From: Pyrinomonadaceae bacterium
GTDB lineage: Bacteria > Acidobacteriota > Blastocatellia > Pyrinomonadales > Pyrinomonadaceae
Direction: 5' to 3'
Length of the DNA stretch: 64,000 bases
NCBI GenBank assembly: GCA_035491875.1
Contig: DATJKB010000744.1
Location: 919 to 64,918, forward strand
Shown here: positions 48,726 through 56,335 of the stretch, one piece after another
Layout: each line of letters starts with the position of its first letter
Position numbering within the stretch: the stretch's first letter is position 1
Notes under the pieces: generated by a model
The model's input: only the letters and a program-made list of their open reading frames with translations
Databases searched by the model: none
Told to the model about the DNA's origin: nothing
Translations under genes and position numbers: made by a program

Positions 48726-49006
48726 GCAGAGAAACGCTACTAAAGGATGACGACGGCGAGGTTTATTCACTGGACAATCTCGCCACGCAAAAGTGGCTGG
48801 ACGGTCATTACAGTGGCTTGGATGATTGCTGCGCTTATCTGGAAAAGAAAGCAACGCAGTTGTTTAGCCAGCGACAGCGAGACAAGGCCGTCGAGTTACA
48901 GAACCTCGCAGACGAACTGAAGAAGGAACTTCGGCCCGCAATGGTGAAGCGGGCGAAGGAACACGAGGTCGAGTTCCCGTCGAAAGTGAAAGGCACAACA
49001 GCATGA
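48722..49006 (+). CDS. Hypothetical protein (94 aa)
   Basis: Track ORF with a GTG start. Confidence 0.45.
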   Translation: MSRETLLKDDDGEVYSLDNLATQKWLDGHYSGLDDCCAYLEKKATQLFSQRQRDKAVELQNLADELKKELRPAMVKRAKEHEVEFPSKVKGTTA

Positions 49007-50586
49007 GCACTCAATACACAATTGATGAAATCAAAGAAGGTTGTGCGCCGCTATGGGGCAACGTTGAATGTATGACGTGTTCGCGGTTGCTGAGTTACAT
49101 CGACTACTTACTCTCCCAGCTTAAAGACGGTGGAACTACGAAATGCGTTTGCGGCCATCCTAAATCAGACCACGAACTATTCAGCGACCACGATGAGTGC
49201 TTAGGCTGTCGCGGATTGGACGAACCATGTAGTGAATTCCGCGCCACCGCCCCCACCGAGACGAGTACGCGGTGCGGGGAGTGCGGGCATGAGCGGAAAT
49301 GGTCAGAGCGTAATAGTGAGATTTGCGATTACAACCTAACCGATACTGACCGCTACGTACCGTGTGGCTGCAAGTGCGTATTCCCTGCATCGACTGAACA
49401 GGCGGGGGAGCAGGTGTGCGGCTGCACGGATCACGATCCCGAAGTCTGCCTTGAGGGTGAAGTGGACGAAGGTTCGCGTTATTGTCACTGCACCTGCCAT
49501 GTTCCCGTGGGAACCACGCGCTCTAACACGATCCAATGGTGCGGCATGTGTCGCTCGCTCGATATTGTTACGGGAACTAAAGAGGGGTATCAGCTTGTCC
49601 ACGATCATGTCTTCAAGAAGTGGACGGGAACTCCGAATCTGTTGTGTTGGTGCGGGGCCGTAAGAACGCCCGAAGAAGTTGCGAGTACCGCCCCTGCTCC
49701 CTCAGTAGCGCAACCAGAAGCCGATCCTTATGAGGGCCGTAGGGTTTCAGACAGCGCTCTACGTTTAGTCGAAGAAATTAGGACGAGGCTAGCGGATTCC
49801 GGCTTCACTAATGACTTGGTATTTCAGCTAGCGGAAAATTTACTAGAGCAAGAGAGAAAACAAAAAGAACAGCGTCAGTCAGCGGGCCATACTGTCGAGT
49901 GCGATGTCTGGATTCGGGCTGACGCGATTTGCACATGCGGAGACGGCACTACTACCCCAACCACAACAGCAGTAGAAGATGTTGTTAGAGAGATTATGGA
50001 CCACTTTCTGTCAGTTGAGATTGACGAGTTACCGGATTCTCGAACAGTCCGAGCAATCCTCTCTCGTTACTTACCAGCACAGCAACCAGAAGTTGAGGCG
50101 ATGGGCCATATCACGTCGTTCCTTGATTTAACCTTCATCGCGCGTAATGGTCGCGTCATGTCCACGCCTGAAATCATCGCCAGAATCAAGGAAGTCAGTG
50201 CGGAGCTGGATCAGTTACGCGAAAGCGCGGATGAAATCGAGCGGCTTAAAGGTGAGGTAGAACGACTCACAGCCAAGTATCGCGAATACGAACAGAATTA
50301 CATTCTGCCTTGCTTTCGCTGGGCCGACGAAATCGGATTTGACTTGCGCGAAGCGGTCAAGGACAACACTGGAAAGAACTGCGTCGAGTTGCTTGTAGCT
50401 GAACTTCGCAGACGCGACACCACCGCCCGCGCTGATGCTATTGGAGAGTGCGCGAACGCCGTCAGGACGATGACTGATTTAGATTACAGCGACGGCGACG
50501 GATTACGAACTATCGATCCGCGCGGATTGCGGGAGATTGCAACCACGCTTGAGCAACTCAAGGGAGAGGGAAGTGAGTCAAGTTGA
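49003..50586 (+). CDS. Large Cys/His-rich protein with coiled-coil C-terminus (527 aa)
   Basis: Track ORF. About 30 Cys lie in the first 215 residues, in CxC, CxxC and CHC spacings. The C-terminal third is helical (EIERLKGEVERLTAKYREYEQ). Confidence 0.6.
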   Translation: MSTQYTIDEIKEGCAPLWGNVECMTCSRLLSYIDYLLSQLKDGGTTKCVCGHPKSDHELFSDHDECLGCRGLDEPCSEFRATAPTETSTRCGECGHERKWSERNSEICDYNLTDTDRYVPCGCKCVFPASTEQAGEQVCGCTDHDPEVCLEGEVDEGSRYCHCTCHVPVGTTRSNTIQWCGMCRSLDIVTGTKEGYQLVHDHVFKKWTGTPNLLCWCGAVRTPEEVASTAPAPSVAQPEADPYEGRRVSDSALRLVEEIRTRLADSGFTNDLVFQLAENLLEQERKQKEQRQSAGHTVECDVWIRADAICTCGDGTTTPTTTAVEDVVREIMDHFLSVEIDELPDSRTVRAILSRYLPAQQPEVEAMGHITSFLDLTFIARNGRVMSTPEIIARIKEVSAELDQLRESADEIERLKGEVERLTAKYREYEQNYILPCFRWADEIGFDLREAVKDNTGKNCVELLVAELRRRDTTARADAIGECANAVRTMTDLDYSDGDGLRTIDPRGLREIATTLEQLKGEGSESS

Positions 50587-50617
50587 CCGAAAGTTTAACT
50601 CCGTTGTTCGACCACTA

Positions 50618-50724
50618 GGGAGGATAGGGAGGACTAACCTATTTACCCTGTATATTTTACCTCGGGCGGCGCGATAGTAATAGAGTATAAATAGAGAATG
50701 CCTCCCTATCCTCCCTATCCTCCC
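50618..50724. repeat. 16-bp perfect inverted repeat (GGGAGGATAGGGAGGA / TCCTCCCTATCCTCCC) around an AT-rich 75-nt spacer; right arm lies within 2.7 tandem copies of CCTCCCTAT
   Basis: Arms at 50618..50633 and 50709..50724. The element sits in the convergent gap between the 527-aa gene and the helicase gene. Confidence 0.6.
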
Positions 50725-50738
50725 CAATTGCACGGTTA

Positions 50739-51989
50739 TCATGCACGCAGCTTCAGCCCTCGATAGTAAACGTTGCCAATCTTGACTTTATGGAATCCAA
50801 GGCGTTGCATTTCTTCGGAGAAGCGGGGCGAGGCAAGGGGCTTATGGCCCGTATCGGAGCACCATTCTCGGTACATTTCATAGAGAGTTTGTGCTTGAAT
50901 TTTCCCAGTAGAATCGGCCTCACAACGCTCCTCAACAAACATCCTCGGAATATCATTGTTGATCCGATAGTGCTCAGTTGCCGCTTGAACTACGTCGGGA
51001 ATCTGGAATCGTCCGCGTTGAAGAAGTCGCTGCAATCCGATTCGCGCCCAGTTGAGGATTGCCATACCGGACACTTGAATTTCCTCTTTCACGCGCGGAT
51101 CTCGTTTGTTTTCGTCGATTGATGGGAAATGGACCAGTTTCACTCGGCGAAAGATACCAGCGCCTTTGTCATCCACTCGCGGCAGCTCATTCATCGCCCA
51201 GAGGATTTTGCACTGAGAGGCGAAAGTGACAGGATCGCGGAACTTACGATCTACGGTGACTCTCTCACCAGAAATAAGCGCGTTGACGATATGGGCGGAT
51301 TTGATGAAATGGGCGGGTTGTTCAGTCGAGATTACCAGAGTCTTGCCGGGGAGATTGGTAAGGCCGAAGTTACTTGTCTCAATATCCGATAGCCCGAGTA
51401 CTCCACACTGCGCACCTAACATCGACTCTAATCCGGTGATAAATGTAGATTTGCCGCCACCGGGAGGGCCATACAACCAAACGGCTATCTCATACTTTGT
51501 TAATCCAGTGATTGCATATCCCGCAAATTCTTGCAGGAAGTTGGCTACTTCTTCGCCGACGACTTCAAACAGAAACTTTAACCAACAATCCGAAGTTGCG
51601 TCAGGATCATAAGCAAAAGGCAACTTCGAGGTTCGATAATTCTCAGGCAAGTGCCCACGACGTTCTCCGGTCAGGAAGTCAAGTGTGCAATCGTCAAATA
51701 TAAGCAAGCCTTTATCTCGATCGAATTGGCTGTCGGAAATAAATCTGTGAGCTTTGATAAGATTATAAAGGGAGTTGATGAGAGCATTGTCAACTTTGAT
51801 AGCTACCTGTCGTTGGCCCATTACTGATTCTTGGATCTCACGGCGAATCAGTAATTCGTGAACGACAGGCCAAACTCCATTGTCATATCTGCGCCATTCC
51901 CCGAGCCCGTAGATTGTATTTGGATAATCAGCCAGATACCTGTCGCGTAGACGGATCTGGCGTAAATCCAGTTTAGGGGATGATGGCAT
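50739..51989 (-). CDS. SF3 helicase, phage/plasmid primase P4 / D5 family C-terminal type
   Basis: 416 aa. Walker A YGPPGGGKST is present. KTLVISTEQP..., then ALISGERVTVDRKFRDP... and ILWAMNELP match this family. No primase domain is seen. Confidence 0.8.
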   Translation of the reverse strand: MPSSPKLDLRQIRLRDRYLADYPNTIYGLGEWRRYDNGVWPVVHELLIRREIQESVMGQRQVAIKVDNALINSLYNLIKAHRFISDSQFDRDKGLLIFDDCTLDFLTGERRGHLPENYRTSKLPFAYDPDATSDCWLKFLFEVVGEEVANFLQEFAGYAITGLTKYEIAVWLYGPPGGGKSTFITGLESMLGAQCGVLGLSDIETSNFGLTNLPGKTLVISTEQPAHFIKSAHIVNALISGERVTVDRKFRDPVTFASQCKILWAMNELPRVDDKGAGIFRRVKLVHFPSIDENKRDPRVKEEIQVSGMAILNWARIGLQRLLQRGRFQIPDVVQAATEHYRINNDIPRMFVEERCEADSTGKIQAQTLYEMYREWCSDTGHKPLASPRFSEEMQRLGFHKVKIGNVYYRGLKLRA

Positions 51990-52004
51990 TTGATAGAGCA
52001 GTAC

Positions 52005-52238
52005 TTAAGCAACTAGATCGAATCGATCACGACGGAGCACTTTGGTCTGCTTTGCTTCCGTCTTCGACCGCCGGGTGAGATAGTCCAATTCTTCCGCCGG
52101 AATAGCTTTGCGCTCTCCAAACGCACTGATGCAGCCGATGCGCTTTTCCTTAATGGCGAGGTAAACTGCGGCCTCTGAAATACCAACGCGCTTGGCAAAT
52201 TCCTGAACTGTTAAATACTTTCCATTGGACTTGCTCAT
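52005..52238 (-). CDS. HTH DNA-binding protein (MerR/excisionase-like)
   Basis: 77 aa. YLTVQEFAKRVGISEAAVYLAIKEKRI is a helix-turn-helix. Confidence 0.6.
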   Translation of the reverse strand: MSKSNGKYLTVQEFAKRVGISEAAVYLAIKEKRIGCISAFGERKAIPAEELDYLTRRSKTEAKQTKVLRRDRFDLVA

Positions 52239-52246
52239 AGGTGCTC

Positions 52247-52276
52247 AATATAAATCTTGAATACATTTGATGTCAA
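52247..52276 (-). promoter_or_regulatory. Sigma70-type promoter TTGACA-N18-TATATT
   Basis: On the minus strand: -35 at 52276..52271 and -10 at 52252..52247. The -10 ends 9 nt before ATG 52238, so the mRNA is essentially leaderless. Confidence 0.5.
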
Positions 52277-52289
52277 TGGAAATAAAACC

Positions 52290-52318
52290 TTGATTCTGTT
52301 CAAGGAAGGATGTATAGT
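52290..52318 (+). promoter_or_regulatory. Sigma70-type promoter TTGATT-N17-TATAGT
   Basis: -35 at 52290..52295 and -10 at 52313..52318. The -10 ends 12 nt before ATG 52330. Confidence 0.5.
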
Positions 52319-52329
52319 CCCAAATCACG

Positions 52330-53451
52330 ATGAAAACATCTCGCACAGCGATCACTACATATCAAAGCTGCCCGCGCAAACGTTACTTACAATTCCACTA
52401 CAACTCAACCGGAATCGAACCTCGTCGTCAAGCCGTGCCGCTCGTCTGGGGTCAGGGATTGCATGTAGGAGTTGCGTCGCTCTTGCAGGGCCACGAACCG
52501 GATGACGCTGTCGGACATGCGCTCCTTGCCTACGCCGATCAATGCGAGGAACGCGACTTTGACATCGACGATCTCGAATCTCAGTCATTCGTCTACAAGG
52601 AAGGTCAAGCACTGATCGAGGGATTCATTCGCGCATGGGCGATAGAACGCCTGCCCGACTTTCTCGGGACTTACGAAGTGATCGAGGTTGAGCGAGAGGG
52701 ATTGTGGAGTGAGTGGACTGACAACATTGATCTCGCCTATCGTCCAGACGCCCTCTTGCGCAAGCTCAACACAGGCGGATTGTACATCTTCAATCTGAAG
52801 TCATCCTACGCTTGGACGGATCGAGAATTGAAGTCGTCTCGTTACAATGTGCAGGGATTGAGTGAGATGGCAGCTATCGAGCAGAGATTAGGAGAGAAAG
52901 TCGCTGGAATTCAGGATGAGATCTTCATCAAGGGTTCGAGACAGAAGCAGAAAGACGACTCCTACATTCAGGCTACTTTCCTCGTTCATCCGTGGCTCAA
53001 ATCTGGCATAACCTCGTCAGATGACGAATGGGCATGGCAATACTACTTCGAGAAGAACGGACGTAGATCATCGCTCGGGAATTCGTTTAGTCGAGTGAAC
53101 ATCTGGGAACACATGTCAATCAAGGAATGGATCGAGTTACTTGCAGATCGCAAGGTGCAGGACTCGAATGGACTGAGTGAGTTATTCGTCACTCCCATCC
53201 CGCATGAGAGGAACGCGGCTGAATTATCGGAATGGCTCGTGCAAGCTCAGCATCAGGAGTCGAGAATTGAACGTCAACTGAAAGTGCTCACTCCGGCTAT
53301 GCTCGATGAACATTTTCCAATGTATCGTCATTCGTGCTTCAACTATCAGCGAACCTGTTCGTATGCCCCAATCTGCCACGATCGATTAGATCCTGACTGC
53401 GGGCTGTATGTGCCGCGAGTTGATCATCACGAAGAAATTTCTCCCGACTAA
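52330..53451 (+). CDS. PD-(D/E)XK (Cas4/RecB-like) nuclease with Cys cluster
   Basis: 373 aa. Cys residues lie at YQSCPRKRY and at the C-terminal CFNYQRTCSYAPIC, matching a Cas4-type Fe-S pattern. YRPDALL supplies the Asp motif. The third motif reads IFNLKS, not ExK. Confidence 0.55.
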   Translation: MKTSRTAITTYQSCPRKRYLQFHYNSTGIEPRRQAVPLVWGQGLHVGVASLLQGHEPDDAVGHALLAYADQCEERDFDIDDLESQSFVYKEGQALIEGFIRAWAIERLPDFLGTYEVIEVEREGLWSEWTDNIDLAYRPDALLRKLNTGGLYIFNLKSSYAWTDRELKSSRYNVQGLSEMAAIEQRLGEKVAGIQDEIFIKGSRQKQKDDSYIQATFLVHPWLKSGITSSDDEWAWQYYFEKNGRRSSLGNSFSRVNIWEHMSIKEWIELLADRKVQDSNGLSELFVTPIPHERNAAELSEWLVQAQHQESRIERQLKVLTPAMLDEHFPMYRHSCFNYQRTCSYAPICHDRLDPDCGLYVPRVDHHEEISPD

Positions 53452-53462
53452 CGAAATAAGTG

Positions 53463-53492
53463 TTGACAGATGTCTAGACACTTGTCTATACT
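53463..53492 (+). promoter_or_regulatory. Sigma70-type promoter TTGACA-N18-TATACT with embedded palindromic operator
   Basis: -35 at 53463..53468 and -10 at 53487..53492. The spacer contains the perfect palindrome GTCTAGAC (53472..53479) within a 22-bp near-dyad (53465..53486). Confidence 0.55.
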
Positions 53493-53504
53493 CCGCTCCC
53501 TGAC

Positions 53505-53939
53505 ATGATTACTGCAAAACAGTTTAGGGCCATTCGAGAGAACCTTGAAATGTCACAAGAAGAGATAGCACGGGCTTTGGATGTTTCCGCTAAAACAATC
53601 TCTAGATGGGAAACCGGGGAATCTGCACCGACTAACTCATCGCTAAGGAGACTCGGCTGCTTTCTATATCAAAATGCTTCTCAAGCGTTGCCTTTAAAGG
53701 TTAGACAGAAATTGTATAGCTTGCGTCGAGAAGCTGCACATAAAGTTCATCGAGCAATCATTCAGGGAAAGCTGCCACGTCTTACAAATGGAAATGTACG
53801 TTGTGTTGATTGCCAGAAGAAGGCCCAACATTACGATCACAGGGATTACACCAAACCGCTGACTGTGGAGCCTGTTTGTCAAGGATGTAATTTCCGTAGA
53901 GGCTTGGCAGTTCTAACACTACAACATATCTGGAAGTAG
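53505..53939 (+). CDS. XRE-family HTH fused to an HNH-like zinc-finger module
   Basis: The N-terminus FRAIRENLEMSQEEIARALDVSAKTISRWETGES is a Cro/C1-type HTH. The C-terminus reads VRCVDCQKKAQHYDHRDYTKPLTVEPVCQGCNFRRG (C..C...DH.DY.KPL...C..CN). Confidence 0.6.
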   Translation: MITAKQFRAIRENLEMSQEEIARALDVSAKTISRWETGESAPTNSSLRRLGCFLYQNASQALPLKVRQKLYSLRREAAHKVHRAIIQGKLPRLTNGNVRCVDCQKKAQHYDHRDYTKPLTVEPVCQGCNFRRGLAVLTLQHIWK

Positions 53940-53945
53940 ACGAAA

Positions 53946-54158
53946 ATGGCCCTCAGCATCACTGCCACTTACACGCACGGCACTCAGAAATTTTGGGTGT
54001 ATGAGCACATGAGCGACGAGGGCATTTTCAAGTTCTGGATACCGCACACCAAACGAGTGCAGGGAACATCGAAGTTCTTATCCCAACGTCCACCAACGAC
54101 AATGGACATTCATGTTGAGTTTGAGCGAGACGAAACAAACAAAAAGGAATCTGAATGA
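53946..54158 (+). CDS. Hypothetical protein (70 aa)
   Basis: Track ORF. Confidence 0.4.
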   Translation: MALSITATYTHGTQKFWVYEHMSDEGIFKFWIPHTKRVQGTSKFLSQRPPTTMDIHVEFERDETNKKESE

Positions 54159-55081
54159 GCGACAACTACGCAGCATCAATTCTCTGTTATGGCAGCAGTG
54201 GCACGCTAAAAACTACTAATGTGGGCCAATTCGCAAAATACGTATTCGAGATAACGGGCGCTCCAGTACGGCTGATCAGTGCCGACCCCGGCGGCTGGGA
54301 AACAATCGAACCTTTCATCAAAGCGGGAATAATTCATCCCTATCGCCTCACGGATAGCAAGACGCTCCTTGAGAATATAAGATTGCTGATGAAGGGCCAT
54401 TGGCCTACGCCGGATGGAACGCTTGGCAAAGATCCAAATCTGGATAATGTCGGAGCGTATGCAGTTGAAGGTATTACTAGCATTTCCTTCCTGATCCTGC
54501 GACATTTGGTAAGCAAAGGCCAGAAAATTTCTGAAGACATCGTCGGCCAGTTTCGCGAGGGAGCCGAAGTATTCGGAGCAGCGGGACGATCACACTATGG
54601 TTTCGTGCAGCAATTCGCGCTCGATATGCTGGGCGTCGGCGGTTTTGGCTCGCTCCCTACCCTTTCAAAGCGGGTAATGTTTACGGCCCATGAGGGCAAA
54701 GGGCAGGACCAGCAAACACGGCAGACCGTCTACGGGCCTGCGGCTGTAGGCCAAGCTATTACAGGCGCGATCCCTTTCTATGTCTCTGATCTACTGCATT
54801 TCGAGACTGCCATAATCGATGCGAAGTCAAACAAAACCACAGTGCGTGCTTACTTGCGGCCTCATGCAGACAGTGAATTGCAGTCAATTGTCTGGCCCGC
54901 TAAACCGCGCATGCCTTTTGATCAGATTTCGGCTATTCAGGAAAAATGGCCGGAAGGTTATATCGATCTTAGCAAGGAATCACTCTACGACTATCTCAAA
55001 TTCATGGACTCAGTGCGAGAGAAATCTGCGAACTCAATTCTTGCATGGAAAGATTCGCTGAGCAAAGGTGCGATGAAATGA
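54155..55081 (+). CDS. RecA-fold P-loop ATPase (AAA_24 / Sak4-like)
   Basis: 308 aa. It has an N-terminal P-loop CYGSSGTLKTT. Its position between a Cas4-like nuclease and a putative SSB-like gene is typical of phage recombination modules. Confidence 0.5.
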   Translation: MSDNYAASILCYGSSGTLKTTNVGQFAKYVFEITGAPVRLISADPGGWETIEPFIKAGIIHPYRLTDSKTLLENIRLLMKGHWPTPDGTLGKDPNLDNVGAYAVEGITSISFLILRHLVSKGQKISEDIVGQFREGAEVFGAAGRSHYGFVQQFALDMLGVGGFGSLPTLSKRVMFTAHEGKGQDQQTRQTVYGPAAVGQAITGAIPFYVSDLLHFETAIIDAKSNKTTVRAYLRPHADSELQSIVWPAKPRMPFDQISAIQEKWPEGYIDLSKESLYDYLKFMDSVREKSANSILAWKDSLSKGAMK

Positions 55082-55311
55082 GAGCTAATCCAATCAGCAA
55101 GGAACTAAGAGACTTCGCCCGTGCGCATGATTTGTACGTGTTCCAGACTTGTGTCACCGGCCAATACCGCAAGAGCAGGGATGGTGGTACTGCAATCACT
55201 GGCCCGTGCTCAAAGCGTCTTGCGAAAGAACTTCGCGACTTCATCTGGAACTGGCACAAGCGAGTTATGAAATCAAACGAGAAACTAATCAAATCTGAAG
55301 GAGCAAATTAG
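55078..55311 (+). CDS. Hypothetical protein (77 aa)
   Basis: ATG 55078 has an ATGA overlap. Confidence 0.4.
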   Translation: MRANPISKELRDFARAHDLYVFQTCVTGQYRKSRDGGTAITGPCSKRLAKELRDFIWNWHKRVMKSNEKLIKSEGAN

Positions 55312-55312
55312 A

Positions 55313-55957
55313 ATGAGCACCCCTGAAACAGCAATGGCTGCCAATGGCAGCGATAACACTGAACGCGCTGAGCCAAACTTCGTAGACATCAACGATCCGA
55401 ATTTCATCGAAGGCGAATTAGAAGGATTCGACGACGAGAAAGATCCACTAGCCTTTGCCGTGGTGAGGGCTGGAACGTATGACGCTGAGCTGAATTTCTC
55501 CGAGCAAGATCCGGCTAAGCAATGGACTCAGCGTACTGACAAGTCGAATCATCCTTACTTGTCAACTCGCCTGACTGCGCGGATCTTGGATGGCCCCTTC
55601 GCGAATCGTCTGGTCAATGATGGCTTCGTCTCAACGATGGTCTTCGATGGGACTTGTGCAGTAGCAAAAGTGATCAAGGCAATCGGCGGAGAAGTGAAAG
55701 GATTGCGAACCTCTGCTGATCTCGCGCGCAAGTTGTCCCAGTCACTACCTGCCCGTGCTCGCATCCGAGTGCAAGTCCGCGCTCAGGAGAAGGGCGTCGC
55801 TAAGGCGTTCATCAAGGCCGAGAAAGACTTCCCGCAGAAAGATGATGGCACGCCTGACTTCGATAAAGTGGCGAATTCCGAAGGACCGGAGACTGGTGAT
55901 CAAGTCTACGTGCGGAGTGAGATCACCGGGTATATGGAAGTGAAACATGAAGACTGA
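55313..55957 (+). CDS. Putative ssDNA-binding-type protein (DUF669-like)
   Basis: 214 aa. The call rests mainly on position after the ATPase, its acidic termini, and a central beta-rich region. Confidence 0.35.
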   Translation: MSTPETAMAANGSDNTERAEPNFVDINDPNFIEGELEGFDDEKDPLAFAVVRAGTYDAELNFSEQDPAKQWTQRTDKSNHPYLSTRLTARILDGPFANRLVNDGFVSTMVFDGTCAVAKVIKAIGGEVKGLRTSADLARKLSQSLPARARIRVQVRAQEKGVAKAFIKAEKDFPQKDDGTPDFDKVANSEGPETGDQVYVRSEITGYMEVKHED

Positions 55958-56192
55958 GCTTCTCGAAATCTTACAGGCGTGTCCTTCGACCGAGCCTGCC
56001 ACATTCAGCGAGTTCCTTCGGGGGTTGTCAGACGTTCCCTCGAAGGGAGATCGAGAAGCATGGGCAGACTTGTTCGATAGAGTCCGTCAGGCTGAGAATA
56101 TGGGCCTGATTGAAGTTGAGCGCGATGTTAACGACCGGATGGAGTCTGTCATTCTGACTGGCGATGGCATTGCGTTTCTGAAGAAGAAATGA
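55947..56192 (+). CDS. Hypothetical protein (81 aa)
   Basis: Track ORF. Confidence 0.4.
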   Translation: MKTELLEILQACPSTEPATFSEFLRGLSDVPSKGDREAWADLFDRVRQAENMGLIEVERDVNDRMESVILTGDGIAFLKKK

Positions 56193-56332
56193 GCACCTGC
56201 AAGCATTATCAATGTCTGCTCTGCGGTGATCTGCACGAGACGCCGCAGGAAGCTGAGAAGTGTTGTCAGTCCTATGTGGAATTGCCAGCTTGCTCGAATT
56301 GCGAAGACAAATTTGAAGTCAGCCTGAATTGA
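56189..56332 (+). CDS. Small Cys-rich protein (47 aa)
   Basis: Hand translation: MSTCKHYQCLLCGDLHETPQEAEKCCQSYVELPACSNCEDKFEVSLN. It has an ATGA overlap. Confidence 0.35.
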   Translation: MSTCKHYQCLLCGDLHETPQEAEKCCQSYVELPACSNCEDKFEVSLN

Positions 56333-56335
56333 GTT

